Assembly: GCA_947628485.1 (NCBI GenBank)
Contig: CANRAA010000002.1
Span: 1 to 43,648, forward strand
Length of the DNA stretch: 43,648 nt
Origin: an uncultured Bacilli bacterium
Lineage (GTDB): Bacteria; Bacillota_I; Bacilli_A; RF39; UBA660
Reading direction: 5' to 3'
The notes beneath the pieces were generated by a model. The model did not search any database. It was given only the letters and a program-made list of their open reading frames with translations, and had not been told where the DNA came from. The translations under genes and the position numbers were made by a program. Positions within the stretch are counted from its first letter, which is position 1; each line of letters opens with the position of its first letter. This document shows positions 23,706 to 33,644 of this stretch, piece by piece.

Positions 23706-26700
23706 AATTTGGCTCCTTTACTATAGTCTACCAAAATTTCTTCATTAGATAAAGTACTATTTTGACTTAAAGATGCTAAATAACTCTTTAAAATTTCTGT
23801 CATCTTTCGATAACTTTCTTCATCTAAATGTTCAATAAAATTATCATAATTAAAACCAACTTTATTGCCTTCATAATGGCCTTCGCCAAAATCCCATATT
23901 TGATATAATTCTTTAAATTCTTTAAAATCATGAGCCAAAGAGGCCTTTTCTACAAAAGTCTGACAAGCATCTTCAAAAGAACCACCATTTTGAATAATCC
24001 AATTTTCAATGCCCACTCCCCCAAGGCCTTTATCTAACTTTTTATATATACCATTTTCTTTTAATAACATTTTTGCTTTTAAAATATTTTCAATCACTAA
24101 ATTATAATAATCCAAATTATCTTTTTTAATACCTTCTAAATAACTTTTTAAAGCCTCATCTGTCGATAGTTCTATTTTATCGGTTCTTACCCCGAAAGTT
24201 ATATCAATATCAACAGGACTATCTAACCCTGGTATCGTAACATTTTCAAGTCTCAAATTTCCCTCCGAAGTATCTGGTTTACCACTTTCATTTTTATGAG
24301 GAAGACTATCTAATAAGACATTTTTTATTGTGGCTAATTTTTCGCTATTGGAATAGATGGTATCATCTAACTTTAAATAAAAATCATAATCTCCCGAACC
24401 CGGAATATTAGTTCCTCTTCCCGTTGATCCAGTATTAATAAGTTCCATTTTACCAGGGACTAAATCTCTAATATAACCATAATGAAGTTCGCCAAAATTT
24501 TCTAATACTTTAGCCAAATAATTGGTAATACTTTTTCTTTTTACTTCTACTTCTTTTTCATTTAATAATATTCTTTTAGCCAATTCTTCTTTTTCTTCTT
24601 TAGTTTTAGTTTTTTCTTCTTCTAAAATTTTTGTAGAATAATGATATACATCATCACTATAGTATTTTAAACCTGCCATTTTATTTCTTAAATCTAAATA
24701 ATCTTCATAAGTAAAAATTAAAGACCCACTTTTATCAACAACGGGAATATAAAAACCATTTCTAGCTATTTCTAAATTTATTCTTTTATCTTTTTCTTGA
24801 CTAATAATATAATCTATTTCACTTGAAGCAAATCCTGTTCTAATTCCATAATGGGTCGAATCTTTTTCATAACCAGTTCTAAATAATTCTAGTTTATGAA
24901 AATCATTTTGAACATTTTCAACATCTTCTTTACCTCTAGTTATTAAAAATCTTCCCTCTTTATTTTTTAAAACAACCCAAATAGGACCATAACCACCAGC
25001 TTCGATATTAAAATTACCCCCACTAACTAAAGAAGGATCAGTAATTAAAGATACATCTGTATCAAGTGGCGTACAATCACTATCAGCAGCATAGCCCAAA
25101 AATTCTTTAGCGACAGACCCATTTTGTAAAATAGAGCTTAAAAACTTAATATCATTAAGACCTTTAAGTAAATCTCCTTTTTCAAAGACAAAAGGCTTTT
25201 TAGCATTAAGAGTTCCTTTTTGAGTAGCAAGCAAAGTCGCATTTTCCATAACACTTTTTAACTCATCAAAAGATTTAATCCCTAAAGGAGAAGCAAACAT
25301 TCTTGCTATACGATCTAATAAATCATATCTTTTGGTAACGTTAAATAAAGTTTTTAATTCTTCTAAATCATCTAATAATTTATCTTTATTTTTCCTTGGA
25401 TTTTTAAATTCATTTTGACTTAAATTATATAAACTATTTAAACTATGGGCAAATTCTTTTAAAGTTTTTATCTCTTCTTCTCGTAAAGCATTAAATAAAT
25501 TAACATCTATAGCTACTTTACTAAATAAACTACTGCCTTTTTCCAGTAAACTAATAAATTCTTTTAATGATCTATTGTTAGAACCTATCGCACATTTTAA
25601 TAAATCTAAATAAATTACTTTATTTCTTTCAATACCTTCACTATTTTTTAGAACTGGTGATAGTTTATCATAACCTTCAAAACCTAAAGCATTGGGGTGT
25701 AAATATTCAAATACATAATATACTTTGACTAGCATTGGTAAGTTATTTTCTAAAAAAATACTCTCAATATCTTTAAATTTTTGTTCAGGCTTAGATTCTT
25801 TAAGTAACATATCTATTAAGACATCTCTTATTCTTTTTACTTCCAAAGAATTAGATTTTACAACACTCTCTAAGATAGTTACTATTTTATCAAGGTCTTC
25901 TTTAAAAATATTAGCATTGTTAATTATATATTCTTTAAAATTAGTTTTAATTATTTCATGATCTATTTTTTGATATCTTTTTAAGACTTCCAATTTATTT
26001 TTAACTTCATCAAAATAATCTAATCCTTTAATTGAATTTAACCATTCGGGAAATTCATATTTACTATCTAAATAGATAAATAAATCTCCATATTTTTGCA
26101 TAATTTTTTGTAAATTACCATAACCTAAATTGGCCGCAAAGGCTTTAAGAGGACCCTGAGCTAAAAAATTATCAATAACAATATTCTCAAAAACCTCTAA
26201 ATTATTTAAAATATCTTCTATATATAAAGTACGATTAAAATATTTATTTTTAACTTCTTTAGATACATTTGCATCTATTAAAAACAAATCTTTATTATTT
26301 AAAACAAAATCTTTTGGAAAAAAATCGATACTTAAAACATTATTGTCATATTTTATAAGATATTCTCTTAAAAAACTATAAGCATTTTCTTTTAATTTAT
26401 TAACATCGTCAACATCTTTTAATTTATTATCTAATTTCGATAAAGCCTTATTATTATAAATATACATAATGACTTTTATAATATCATCGTAATCTTTACT
26501 ACTTACACTATATAATTTAATAATTTTACTAAAACATTTTAAATCTTTAATATAAGGTAAATAGCCAAAAATATCATCACTTTTTTCTTTTAATTCCTCT
26601 ATTTCTTCAATACTTAATTTACTTATATCATCCATTGTTAAACTTTTATTATAAAATTTTTCTTTTATTTCTGGATTAAATAAATTACTTAAAAACATAT

Positions 26701-27097
26701 TAGGATGTTTTTCTTTATAATCAGTTGAAAAAGTATTTTCATTATATCTAATTAATTCCCCATTTTTAATATCACAATTATGTAATATTACTTCTCCATC
26801 TACCGTAACATACGCAAAATCTAATTTAGCTTTCGTAGAAGAAAAATCTAAAGTTTTACTTTCAGGAATATATAATTCTATTCCTTCCCATTCTTTGTAT
26901 GGAATACTACTTAAATCTTTTTTAGTTAGTTCTAATTCTAAGTCATAATATTTTTGCATGGCATCAATTTCAAATGTCTGCATATCAAAAGAAGGATTGC
27001 CTTCATTTAAATCCATTGTCCTTTGGGTATCTTCAAATAATTGTCTTAGTTCCGTTTTTATTTTGATAAATTCTTCTTTTGTCATTTTATCGAACAT
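23702..27097 (-). CDS. Giant protein (about 1131 aa) with a C-terminal class-I (archaeal CCA-adding/poly(A) polymerase-like) nucleotidyltransferase domain
   Basis: The catalytic signature is GSTGRGTNIPGSGDYDFYL (G[SG]...D.D), with a downstream VDIDITF and a neck-like KGLGGVGIENWIIQNGGSF. The N-terminal approximately 850 aa are unrecognised. Its stop TGA overlaps the prfB ATG (ATGA). The ATG at 27097 follows a GGTGAT Shine-Dalgarno sequence. Confidence 0.65.
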   Translation of the reverse strand: MFDKMTKEEFIKIKTELRQLFEDTQRTMDLNEGNPSFDMQTFEIDAMQKYYDLELELTKKDLSSIPYKEWEGIELYIPESKTLDFSSTKAKLDFAYVTVDGEVILHNCDIKNGELIRYNENTFSTDYKEKHPNMFLSNLFNPEIKEKFYNKSLTMDDISKLSIEEIEELKEKSDDIFGYLPYIKDLKCFSKIIKLYSVSSKDYDDIIKVIMYIYNNKALSKLDNKLKDVDDVNKLKENAYSFLREYLIKYDNNVLSIDFFPKDFVLNNKDLFLIDANVSKEVKNKYFNRTLYIEDILNNLEVFENIVIDNFLAQGPLKAFAANLGYGNLQKIMQKYGDLFIYLDSKYEFPEWLNSIKGLDYFDEVKNKLEVLKRYQKIDHEIIKTNFKEYIINNANIFKEDLDKIVTILESVVKSNSLEVKRIRDVLIDMLLKESKPEQKFKDIESIFLENNLPMLVKVYYVFEYLHPNALGFEGYDKLSPVLKNSEGIERNKVIYLDLLKCAIGSNNRSLKEFISLLEKGSSLFSKVAIDVNLFNALREEEIKTLKEFAHSLNSLYNLSQNEFKNPRKNKDKLLDDLEELKTLFNVTKRYDLLDRIARMFASPLGIKSFDELKSVMENATLLATQKGTLNAKKPFVFEKGDLLKGLNDIKFLSSILQNGSVAKEFLGYAADSDCTPLDTDVSLITDPSLVSGGNFNIEAGGYGPIWVVLKNKEGRFLITRGKEDVENVQNDFHKLELFRTGYEKDSTHYGIRTGFASSEIDYIISQEKDKRINLEIARNGFYIPVVDKSGSLIFTYEDYLDLRNKMAGLKYYSDDVYHYSTKILEEEKTKTKEEKEELAKRILLNEKEVEVKRKSITNYLAKVLENFGELHYGYIRDLVPGKMELINTGSTGRGTNIPGSGDYDFYLKLDDTIYSNSEKLATIKNVLLDSLPHKNESGKPDTSEGNLRLENVTIPGLDSPVDIDITFGVRTDKIELSTDEALKSYLEGIKKDNLDYYNLVIENILKAKMLLKENGIYKKLDKGLGGVGIENWIIQNGGSFEDACQTFVEKASLAHDFKEFKELYQIWDFGEGHYEGNKVGFNYDNFIEHLDEESYRKMTEILKSYLASLSQNSTLSNEEILVDYSKGAKL

Positions 27098-27171
27098 AAA
27101 AATCACCAACTATTATAATTATTTTACAATAATTGGTGATATATTTCTATATTTATAAATTAATTTGACAA

Positions 27172-28758
27172 TTAATAGATCTTTGTTATATCTTTATGGG
27201 TTTCACTATCACTATAATCGATTTTGATTTTATCATCACTACTTAAGTATGGAAGGCGGTATCTATCTACAGTTACATTCGCCACATATAAATCATCATT
27301 ACTATCAATTATATAGTAGTAAGTATTACCTTCAATTACCACGGCTTTGATTGATTTAATTGTAATTTCTTTTTCGGTTTCTATACTACCTGTATGTAGA
27401 GATTCTCCTAAATATTTTTCAGCTGCTGCTTCAATGCCAAGTGAGGCATCACTAACGACAACTTTTTGATAATCTTCCACATCAATAAAAGCATACATTT
27501 TAACAAGACCCGCATTATCTTTTAAACTTAATAAATAAGTTGGTTTATTATTTAAGTTAATTAAAAGTGGGAAGGAAGCATCATAACCTTTTTCTTGAAC
27601 TAAACCTTCGGCTGAGGCCATCGCACTAAATTCTTCGGCTCCAGGTACTAGATAATAATTCGTTTCTTTCGTTCTTAAATTAGCTAGAACAAATCCTAAG
27701 TTAGACTCATCAGATGATACCGAAGTAATTCCCGTATACAAATAAACATCATCATCCATAACTAAATAATTGTAGCCTTCCGTAGTATTAATAACATCTC
27801 TTTGACCAAAAATCGAGTTAAAGAAACCATTTCGGTATTCACCCCAGTTATCTACTTGTTCGATAATAAGATCCGCACTATAAACATGATCAACCCACGT
27901 TGGCACATCTTCTACTTTATATTTTTCACTCTTACCAGTTACGGGGTCTAAGATAACAACACCTGTTATTTCTTTCTTTAAACCAACGCCAACATATTTA
28001 ACGGTTGGAACAATCCAATAAGGATTACCTTCATTATCTATTTCAAATGAAGCTTCATCAAAGATGGTTGTTGGGTATTGGAGTCTTAAATGTCTATCTA
28101 AATTTTCAAAGAAGAAAGCACTTGGCATATAACGCATTCCTTTAGATAGTTCTTCTAAAGAGGCACTACCCGTTACTGAATTAACCATAATATAACCTTT
28201 AATACCATCTTTTCGGTTAGTAAAATATTTAATAATATCTACATATTCTAAAGGAGTAACTCTAACTATATCATTATTATAGTTTATTTGGGTATAAACA
28301 TCACTAACATAAAATTGGCTTACCCAACTTGTAAATTCTCCCATTTTTCGGTCTCCTAATTTTTGACTACTTTCTTTGTCAATTAAAGGAGTTTTCGTAA
28401 AATCAACGGGTTTAACATCACTGACAAATTCACTATTCGTCGCCACCGTTATTCTTTCACTATAACTTTTCGCATTAAATAAAGGACTTAAAATAAAGTT
28501 CACAACAATAATAAGTCCAAAAACCCCAACTACTCCTAAGCATAAATAATTTAAAATTTTATTATCTAAATAAATTCTTCCTCTTCTGACAAAGCCTTCC
28601 AAGGTTGTAAAAAATCTAACAATTATAAAGAAGACTAAAATCATTAACGCATAAGTATAAAATAAAGGACTACTTAAGTTAATTGGGGGAAGTACAAAAT
28701 AATAGGTAACAAGAGCAAAAACCAAAGTAGACACAATAGTTATAATATTTCTTTTCAT
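27172..28758 (-). CDS. Hypothetical membrane protein (3 N-terminal TM helices plus a large extracytoplasmic domain)
   Basis: 528-aa ORF with three hydrophobic helices in the first approximately 100 aa. I recognise no family. Confidence 0.55.
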   Translation of the reverse strand: MKRNIITIVSTLVFALVTYYFVLPPINLSSPLFYTYALMILVFFIIVRFFTTLEGFVRRGRIYLDNKILNYLCLGVVGVFGLIIVVNFILSPLFNAKSYSERITVATNSEFVSDVKPVDFTKTPLIDKESSQKLGDRKMGEFTSWVSQFYVSDVYTQINYNNDIVRVTPLEYVDIIKYFTNRKDGIKGYIMVNSVTGSASLEELSKGMRYMPSAFFFENLDRHLRLQYPTTIFDEASFEIDNEGNPYWIVPTVKYVGVGLKKEITGVVILDPVTGKSEKYKVEDVPTWVDHVYSADLIIEQVDNWGEYRNGFFNSIFGQRDVINTTEGYNYLVMDDDVYLYTGITSVSSDESNLGFVLANLRTKETNYYLVPGAEEFSAMASAEGLVQEKGYDASFPLLINLNNKPTYLLSLKDNAGLVKMYAFIDVEDYQKVVVSDASLGIEAAAEKYLGESLHTGSIETEKEITIKSIKAVVIEGNTYYYIIDSNDDLYVANVTVDRYRLPYLSSDDKIKIDYSDSETHKDITKIY

Positions 28759-28847
28759 TATATTCCTTCTTTCTTTAAAATATATGTAATCTATATTTAG
28801 TATATCAAAATATAACTTTTTAGTAAATTTATTTTAGTTACTTAAGC

Positions 28848-28872
28848 AAAATAAAGGCATATTTCTATGCCT
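28848..28872 (-). terminator. Intrinsic terminator after paralog C
   Basis: The minus strand reads AGGCAUA-GAAA-UAUGCCU followed by UUAUUUU, about 20 nt after the stop. Confidence 0.6.
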
Positions 28873-28889
28873 CTATTTAATGTTTATGC

Positions 28890-30947
28890 CTAACTTGGTA
28901 TGTATGGATTACTTTCAGTACCTTCTCCTGTTAGTTTAACGTTGGATTGGAGATAGAAGACTGGACGAATCACATATAAGTAGGTCAAATCATAGAAACT
29001 CGTGTCACCGGCATAAAAGGACCCGTCTTTCCGCACATACCACACATTGAAGTCACCGTTATCGTGGCCATACCTAGTCATTGTCCATTCAAATTGTTGT
29101 TCACCATCACTTGTACTTGTTCCGTTGGTTATATATAACCAACTATCCGTATTTCCATCTCCACTATATCCTCCCCATGATTTATAATAATCACTTGCAT
29201 ACATTAACCCTATTGGATATGCGTCTATTGTTAGTGGTGCTTTTTCTTGTTCCGGTGGACAATCAGCTGAGTAATCACATAAATACGTTACTTTTCCTTT
29301 ATACCATTTTACTTCTTTTATCTTACTCTTTATTCTTGTATCTAGTTTTGTTGTATCATTGTAAAATAATGCACTATTCAAATTTCTTTGTAAATCTGCT
29401 TCATCCCAATCTGTATCAGTCAAATAATTATTATGCCATGGATATTTTCCTATGGATATAGCTTTGATTACTTTTATTTGTCCTTTATCAATGTCTAATT
29501 TAGATGAACCACTTTCTGTTCCATCAGCTATTCCTATTATTCTATACATGTATTTATTTTTATCTTCATCACTTTGACATGTGTTTCCACTTGGTCCTAA
29601 ACAGATATAGTTATTATCTACTACATCATATTTTCCATAATATCTATATAAGCCATTGACTGGATTGTCTTGTAATGTTGATATTTTTGTTCTATCATTT
29701 ATCAAGTCTTGTCCTGTTATTCCGAAAGACTCTGTTTCAAATGTATGACTTGTTTTGTTTGAGATGCCACTATTACCGGCTTTGTCTGTTAAGTAGAAGT
29801 AATATGTGTATGATGTTCCATCTTGTAAATTACTTATTGTTATATTGCCATCTGTACTTGTTACACATGTACCTACATCTGTTGAATTACTATTTGTTGA
29901 ATAACAATATTTATCTATTCCTGATAAATCAGTATTTGCATTTACTTTTAATGTTACACTTGTTTCACCTAATTCAATGTCTTCTATTGTATCTATACTT
30001 GGTGGTGTTACATCATAGATTATACTTGCTGTTACTTGAGTTGATATATTTCCTATCTTATCTTTTAGATAACCATAATAGGTATGATCTCCTTCTCTTT
30101 CTTCTAAGGTAATATTTTCTTGTATAGATTGTTGCCCATTTGTTGGTTTCCATTGGCATCCTTCATAACTATCATTGGTTGTTATACAATAGTCTGTTAC
30201 ATCATTATCACTCCAACTTAAATGTAAGATGTTTTCTAAACTATTTGTATATTGTTGTCCATCTACCTTTTCATTAAAATAAAATTCACTTACTGTTGGA
30301 GCTTCACTATCGGTATTACATTTAAATTCATCTATTATTATATCAACATTTAATGATCTCTTTGCTAAATATGATTGATCATCATTTCTATTAGTAAATT
30401 TTAAATAAGCTTTTATATATTGTGTATTGGTATCTGTTATGACAAATTCTAACTCTGCTGGAAACTTTTCATTTATTTTTGTTAAATCTGTTATATTTGT
30501 ATATATTCCATTTATTAAACTTATTTCTAAATCTCCTTCTCTTATTAAAGAAGCCATATCGCCACTTAAATTAACTTTAGCTTTGGCAGTACATACATGT
30601 TTCTCTTCTAAATCTCCAATTACTTCTACTTTCCCTATCTCTGTTAATCCATCTTCTTTATTTGTTACATAAGGTAGTTTACTATCACTTGTGGCATAAT
30701 ATTCTCTATCTATTCTATTATAAGCCATATCTTTAACATCTAACCTTATATGAAAATCTTCTAATCCTCCAGAGAGTTTTATTTGCTTATTACTTCCGGT
30801 TGTTATTGTTACTTTGGTACTTGTTCCTTCTCCATTTACTTGTAAACTAAAGTAAGCATAAGTTGAACCTACTACAACTAGAAGTAATATAAGTACTATT
30901 ATGATACTTCCTATTAATATTTTCTTTTTATTATTCTTATTTTCCAT
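28890..30947 (-). CDS. Surface/secreted protein, paralog C (extra N-terminal module, Cys-pair module, Fn3/Ig-like module, full C-terminal domain)
   Basis: The signal anchor is followed by GSTYAYFSLQ, a close match to the SipW-cognate G-T-x-A-Y-F-S motif. An extra approximately 190-aa beta-rich module follows. The rest is collinear with A and B and ends ...VIRPVFYLQSNVKLTGEG. The ATG at 30947 follows a TAGGAG Shine-Dalgarno sequence, although the ORF-track start is at 31001. Confidence 0.8.
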   Translation of the reverse strand: MENKNNKKKILIGSIIIVLILLLVVVGSTYAYFSLQVNGEGTSTKVTITTGSNKQIKLSGGLEDFHIRLDVKDMAYNRIDREYYATSDSKLPYVTNKEDGLTEIGKVEVIGDLEEKHVCTAKAKVNLSGDMASLIREGDLEISLINGIYTNITDLTKINEKFPAELEFVITDTNTQYIKAYLKFTNRNDDQSYLAKRSLNVDIIIDEFKCNTDSEAPTVSEFYFNEKVDGQQYTNSLENILHLSWSDNDVTDYCITTNDSYEGCQWKPTNGQQSIQENITLEEREGDHTYYGYLKDKIGNISTQVTASIIYDVTPPSIDTIEDIELGETSVTLKVNANTDLSGIDKYCYSTNSNSTDVGTCVTSTDGNITISNLQDGTSYTYYFYLTDKAGNSGISNKTSHTFETESFGITGQDLINDRTKISTLQDNPVNGLYRYYGKYDVVDNNYICLGPSGNTCQSDEDKNKYMYRIIGIADGTESGSSKLDIDKGQIKVIKAISIGKYPWHNNYLTDTDWDEADLQRNLNSALFYNDTTKLDTRIKSKIKEVKWYKGKVTYLCDYSADCPPEQEKAPLTIDAYPIGLMYASDYYKSWGGYSGDGNTDSWLYITNGTSTSDGEQQFEWTMTRYGHDNGDFNVWYVRKDGSFYAGDTSFYDLTYLYVIRPVFYLQSNVKLTGEGTESNPYIPS

Positions 30948-30967
30948 ATTACAACTCCTATAATTTA

Positions 30968-31020
30968 ATTTATACTTCAATTTTATTATATCATACTTCA
31001 AGTAAAATTGAAGTATAAAT
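30968..31020. promoter_or_regulatory. Perfect 18-bp inverted repeat (candidate operator) between paralog C and its XRE regulator
   Basis: ATTTATACTTCAATTTTA (30968-30985) and TAAAATTGAAGTATAAAT (31003-31020) are separated by a 17-nt spacer. The spacer contains a third ATACTTCAA half-site. Confidence 0.55.
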
Positions 31021-31062
31021 TATATAATTTTATTAATTACTTATATAGGAGGTAAAGCGACA

Positions 31063-31389
31063 ATGAATAATTTGAAGAAAATTGCTAAAGCAAAAAATAA
31101 ATCACTAACTAGTTTATCTGTAGACTTAGAAATTAGTCCAGAAGCTATAAGTCAATACATAAGTGGAAAAATAAAACCAAAGGCAGACATATTAATTAAA
31201 ATGGCTAAAATATTAAATACCACTACTGACTATTTACTAGATTTAACTGATAATCCTAATCCTACTGATCTTAATTTAAATGAAAAAGAAAATATGTTAA
31301 TAACTAATTATCGAAATTTAAATAACACTGAAAAAAGTCAAGTTAATGCTTACATTCAAGCAATAATTGACTTAAAAAATATTAATTAA
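31063..31389 (+). CDS. XRE-family HTH regulator (single domain)
   Basis: 108 aa containing KNKSLTSLSVDLEISPEAISQYISGK...TTDYLLDLTD. The gene is divergent from paralog C. Confidence 0.8.
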   Translation: MNNLKKIAKAKNKSLTSLSVDLEISPEAISQYISGKIKPKADILIKMAKILNTTTDYLLDLTDNPNPTDLNLNEKENMLITNYRNLNNTEKSQVNAYIQAIIDLKNIN

Positions 31390-32326
31390 TATTTACTTTA
31401 TTTTTATTTATTAATTCGAATGTTGTTATAAATACTTTATTATTAATAATTTGTCTAATAACATATTGGTCTTTTTCTTTAACAACTAAAATGCCTTCCG
31501 TATTTTTATGATTTTCTTTTTTTATATTGTTATCAATATAATCCATATAAAATTTAATTTGTCCTAAATGTTCTGGTTTAAATTCTTCGTTTTTAATTTC
31601 CACAACTACATAAGCATTAATTTCAATATTGAAAAACAATAAATCAATTTTAAAAGTCTTATTATTTATTCTTAAAGGATATTCATGACCAACTAAAGCA
31701 AATGAACTTCCTAGTTCCATAAATCTACTTTCTACTAGTTCTATTAATAATTTATGGATTGCTTTTTCATTTAAATTATCTATATTATTAACTTCTAATA
31801 TAATAGGATCTTTTATCATATCTTTTAAAGATATAGGATAATTGTTATTATTATCTATTAACTTAATGTTATTTTTATCAGCATAAGATAATCTATCAAA
31901 GGATTTATTTTTAATTTCTTTTCTAAGTTCTCTTACAGATAAATTATTAAGAATTATTTGATTAATATAATAGTTTCTTTCATTCTCATTTTTAATAGGT
32001 AATAGTTGAATATAATGTGTCCAGCTTAATTGCGAAATCAGTGATTTCGCAATTGGAAATGATAAATAAAATTTTCTTATTATTTCTAAATTCCTTTTAC
32101 AATAATTTTTACCAAATTCTTTTTCTAAAATAATACCCCATTTTTTAATGAGTTCACTTCCATATTTAGCTCTTTTTTCTCCGCCTTGGGCCTCTACAAG
32201 CAACTTACCAATATGCAATTTAGTCATTAAATCTTCATAGTTATTTTTAAAATTTCTAACTATTTTACTCGCTTCATTGTTTTCAATTAAACTTCTTATT
32301 TCTTGTAAATATTTTTCTTCTTGCAT
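31382..32326 (-). CDS. YhcG/DUF1016-like PD-(D/E)xK nuclease-fold protein
   Basis: The N-terminal region has the pattern GEKRAKYGSELIKKW...LSWTHYIQLLPIKN..ERNYYI. The C-terminus has FKIDLLFFN...YVVVEIKNEEF, a D...E.K motif. Confidence 0.7.
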   Translation of the reverse strand: MQEEKYLQEIRSLIENNEASKIVRNFKNNYEDLMTKLHIGKLLVEAQGGEKRAKYGSELIKKWGIILEKEFGKNYCKRNLEIIRKFYLSFPIAKSLISQLSWTHYIQLLPIKNENERNYYINQIILNNLSVRELRKEIKNKSFDRLSYADKNNIKLIDNNNNYPISLKDMIKDPIILEVNNIDNLNEKAIHKLLIELVESRFMELGSSFALVGHEYPLRINNKTFKIDLLFFNIEINAYVVVEIKNEEFKPEHLGQIKFYMDYIDNNIKKENHKNTEGILVVKEKDQYVIRQIINNKVFITTFELINKNKVNIN

Positions 32327-32360
32327 GGATAATCTCTCCTTTTGAGGATGTATTATAATA

Positions 32361-32395
32361 TGTCGAGTTTAAATAATTTGTCGAACTATGTCGAC
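32361..32395. promoter_or_regulatory. Three Spo0A-box-like TGTCGA(G/A/C) repeats in the promoter region of the DUF1016-like gene
   Basis: TGTCGAG is at 32361, TGTCGAA at 32379 and TGTCGAC at 32389 (plus strand). All lie 35-70 nt upstream of the ATG at 32326. Confidence 0.4.
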
Positions 32396-32471
32396 GAAAT
32401 AAAAATTTTTCAATTAAAAAAAGTAAAAACACTTATATGTTTCTACTCATAATATAAATTACTTAAATTAA

Positions 32472-33155
32472 TTATTTCTTTTTCTTTTTATTATTTTTTT
32501 TAGATACAATTGTGTATCCTCCAACAAAAATTATAACAACACCAGCAAAAACTCCTAGGATAATTAAGGCTTTTGTGCCATCAAGTGAAGAGTCAACTTT
32601 TCTTAATTCTTGAGTCTCACCATATCCAGACTCTTGTTGTTCTTTTTGTCTTTCTAACATTTCAATCCAAGCCTCTTTAGCATCTTCAGCTTTCGTAGTT
32701 TCTTCAGCATCAACATATCCTTCAACACAACCATCTTTGCCTTTAGAAATACAAGCAACTATATCTTTGTCACCTTTTTCGTAAGCTTCATCAATAACAC
32801 TTTCAAGTTCTGTTGAATAAGCATTCGCCGCATATAAATCAGAAATAACTACTAAAGGAGTACCGTTATATGATGCACTAGTAAAACCAATTTTGTTATA
32901 TGCACTAGCAACTTTAACTCCTAAAATAAAGTCACTTCCGGGAATCCATGTTGAATGATCTTCAAATAATTCCTTTTTAATTAATTCAAATTTTTTGTTA
33001 TAAGATGAAAGTCCAGTTAAGTATTCTTCTTCATATGCACAATAAGGACATCCTCCGGCAAAAAACATATAAACTTTTACTTTATCTTTAGCATTAACTT
33101 CTATAGGAATTACTACTAACATAAAAGTTAAAATTGCTACTATTAATTTTTTCAT
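32472..33155 (-). CDS. Secreted, membrane-anchored thioredoxin/glutaredoxin-like protein (CPYC)
   Basis: It has a signal peptide (MKKLIVAILTFMLVVIPIEVNA), a GGCPYC redox motif, and a C-terminal TM helix followed by a K-rich tail. The ATG at 33155 follows a GGAGG Shine-Dalgarno sequence. Confidence 0.7.
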   Translation of the reverse strand: MKKLIVAILTFMLVVIPIEVNAKDKVKVYMFFAGGCPYCAYEEEYLTGLSSYNKKFELIKKELFEDHSTWIPGSDFILGVKVASAYNKIGFTSASYNGTPLVVISDLYAANAYSTELESVIDEAYEKGDKDIVACISKGKDGCVEGYVDAEETTKAEDAKEAWIEMLERQKEQQESGYGETQELRKVDSSLDGTKALIILGVFAGVVIIFVGGYTIVSKKNNKKKKK

Positions 33156-33215
33156 TCCAATTACCTCCACATAAAATATATCATTTTTTCCCATATTTCG
33201 CAATAAAATTGCTTA

Positions 33216-33620
33216 TTATTTAATTAATTTTCTTTCCAAACAATAGGGAATAACTTCATTCTTTAAAGTATTAGAAAGAATATCTTCTCCTATACTACTT
33301 TCATACCATAAAAATTTTTCTATTTCTTCTGATGTTGATAATTCACCTTCTAACATACCATTATACTTAAATACATAAAAATGGATTGGTGTTTTCCCAT
33401 CAGAAGTCGCAATTTCATCAAATTCTAAAACTTTTTCTACTTTTGTTTCATCGAAAATTGCTCCACTACCTAATTCTTCATGACATTCTCTAATCGCGGC
33501 TTGTAAAGGAGTTTCTCCCTCTTCAACTCTTCCCCCAATCATTTGATAGGTTGGTCTTTTTCTTGGTTTATCAATTAATAATTTTTCATTTTTAAAAAAC
33601 ATAGTTCCTACAACATTCAT
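33216..33620 (-). CDS. NUDIX hydrolase
   Basis: The Nudix box is GGRVEEGETPLQAAIRECHEELG. Confidence 0.85.
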   Translation of the reverse strand: MNVVGTMFFKNEKLLIDKPRKRPTYQMIGGRVEEGETPLQAAIRECHEELGSGAIFDETKVEKVLEFDEIATSDGKTPIHFYVFKYNGMLEGELSTSEEIEKFLWYESSIGEDILSNTLKNEVIPYCLERKLIK

Positions 33621-33644
33621 TATATATACCTCTTTCTAAATAAT

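Noticed and set aside
23702-27109. That the large gene upstream of prfB might be secA, the usual neighbour
   Set aside because: It has no DEAD-box/Walker motor motifs, no SecA preprotein cross-linking pattern and no C-terminal zinc-finger pattern. The only recognisable part is a polymerase-beta-type nucleotidyltransferase motif set.
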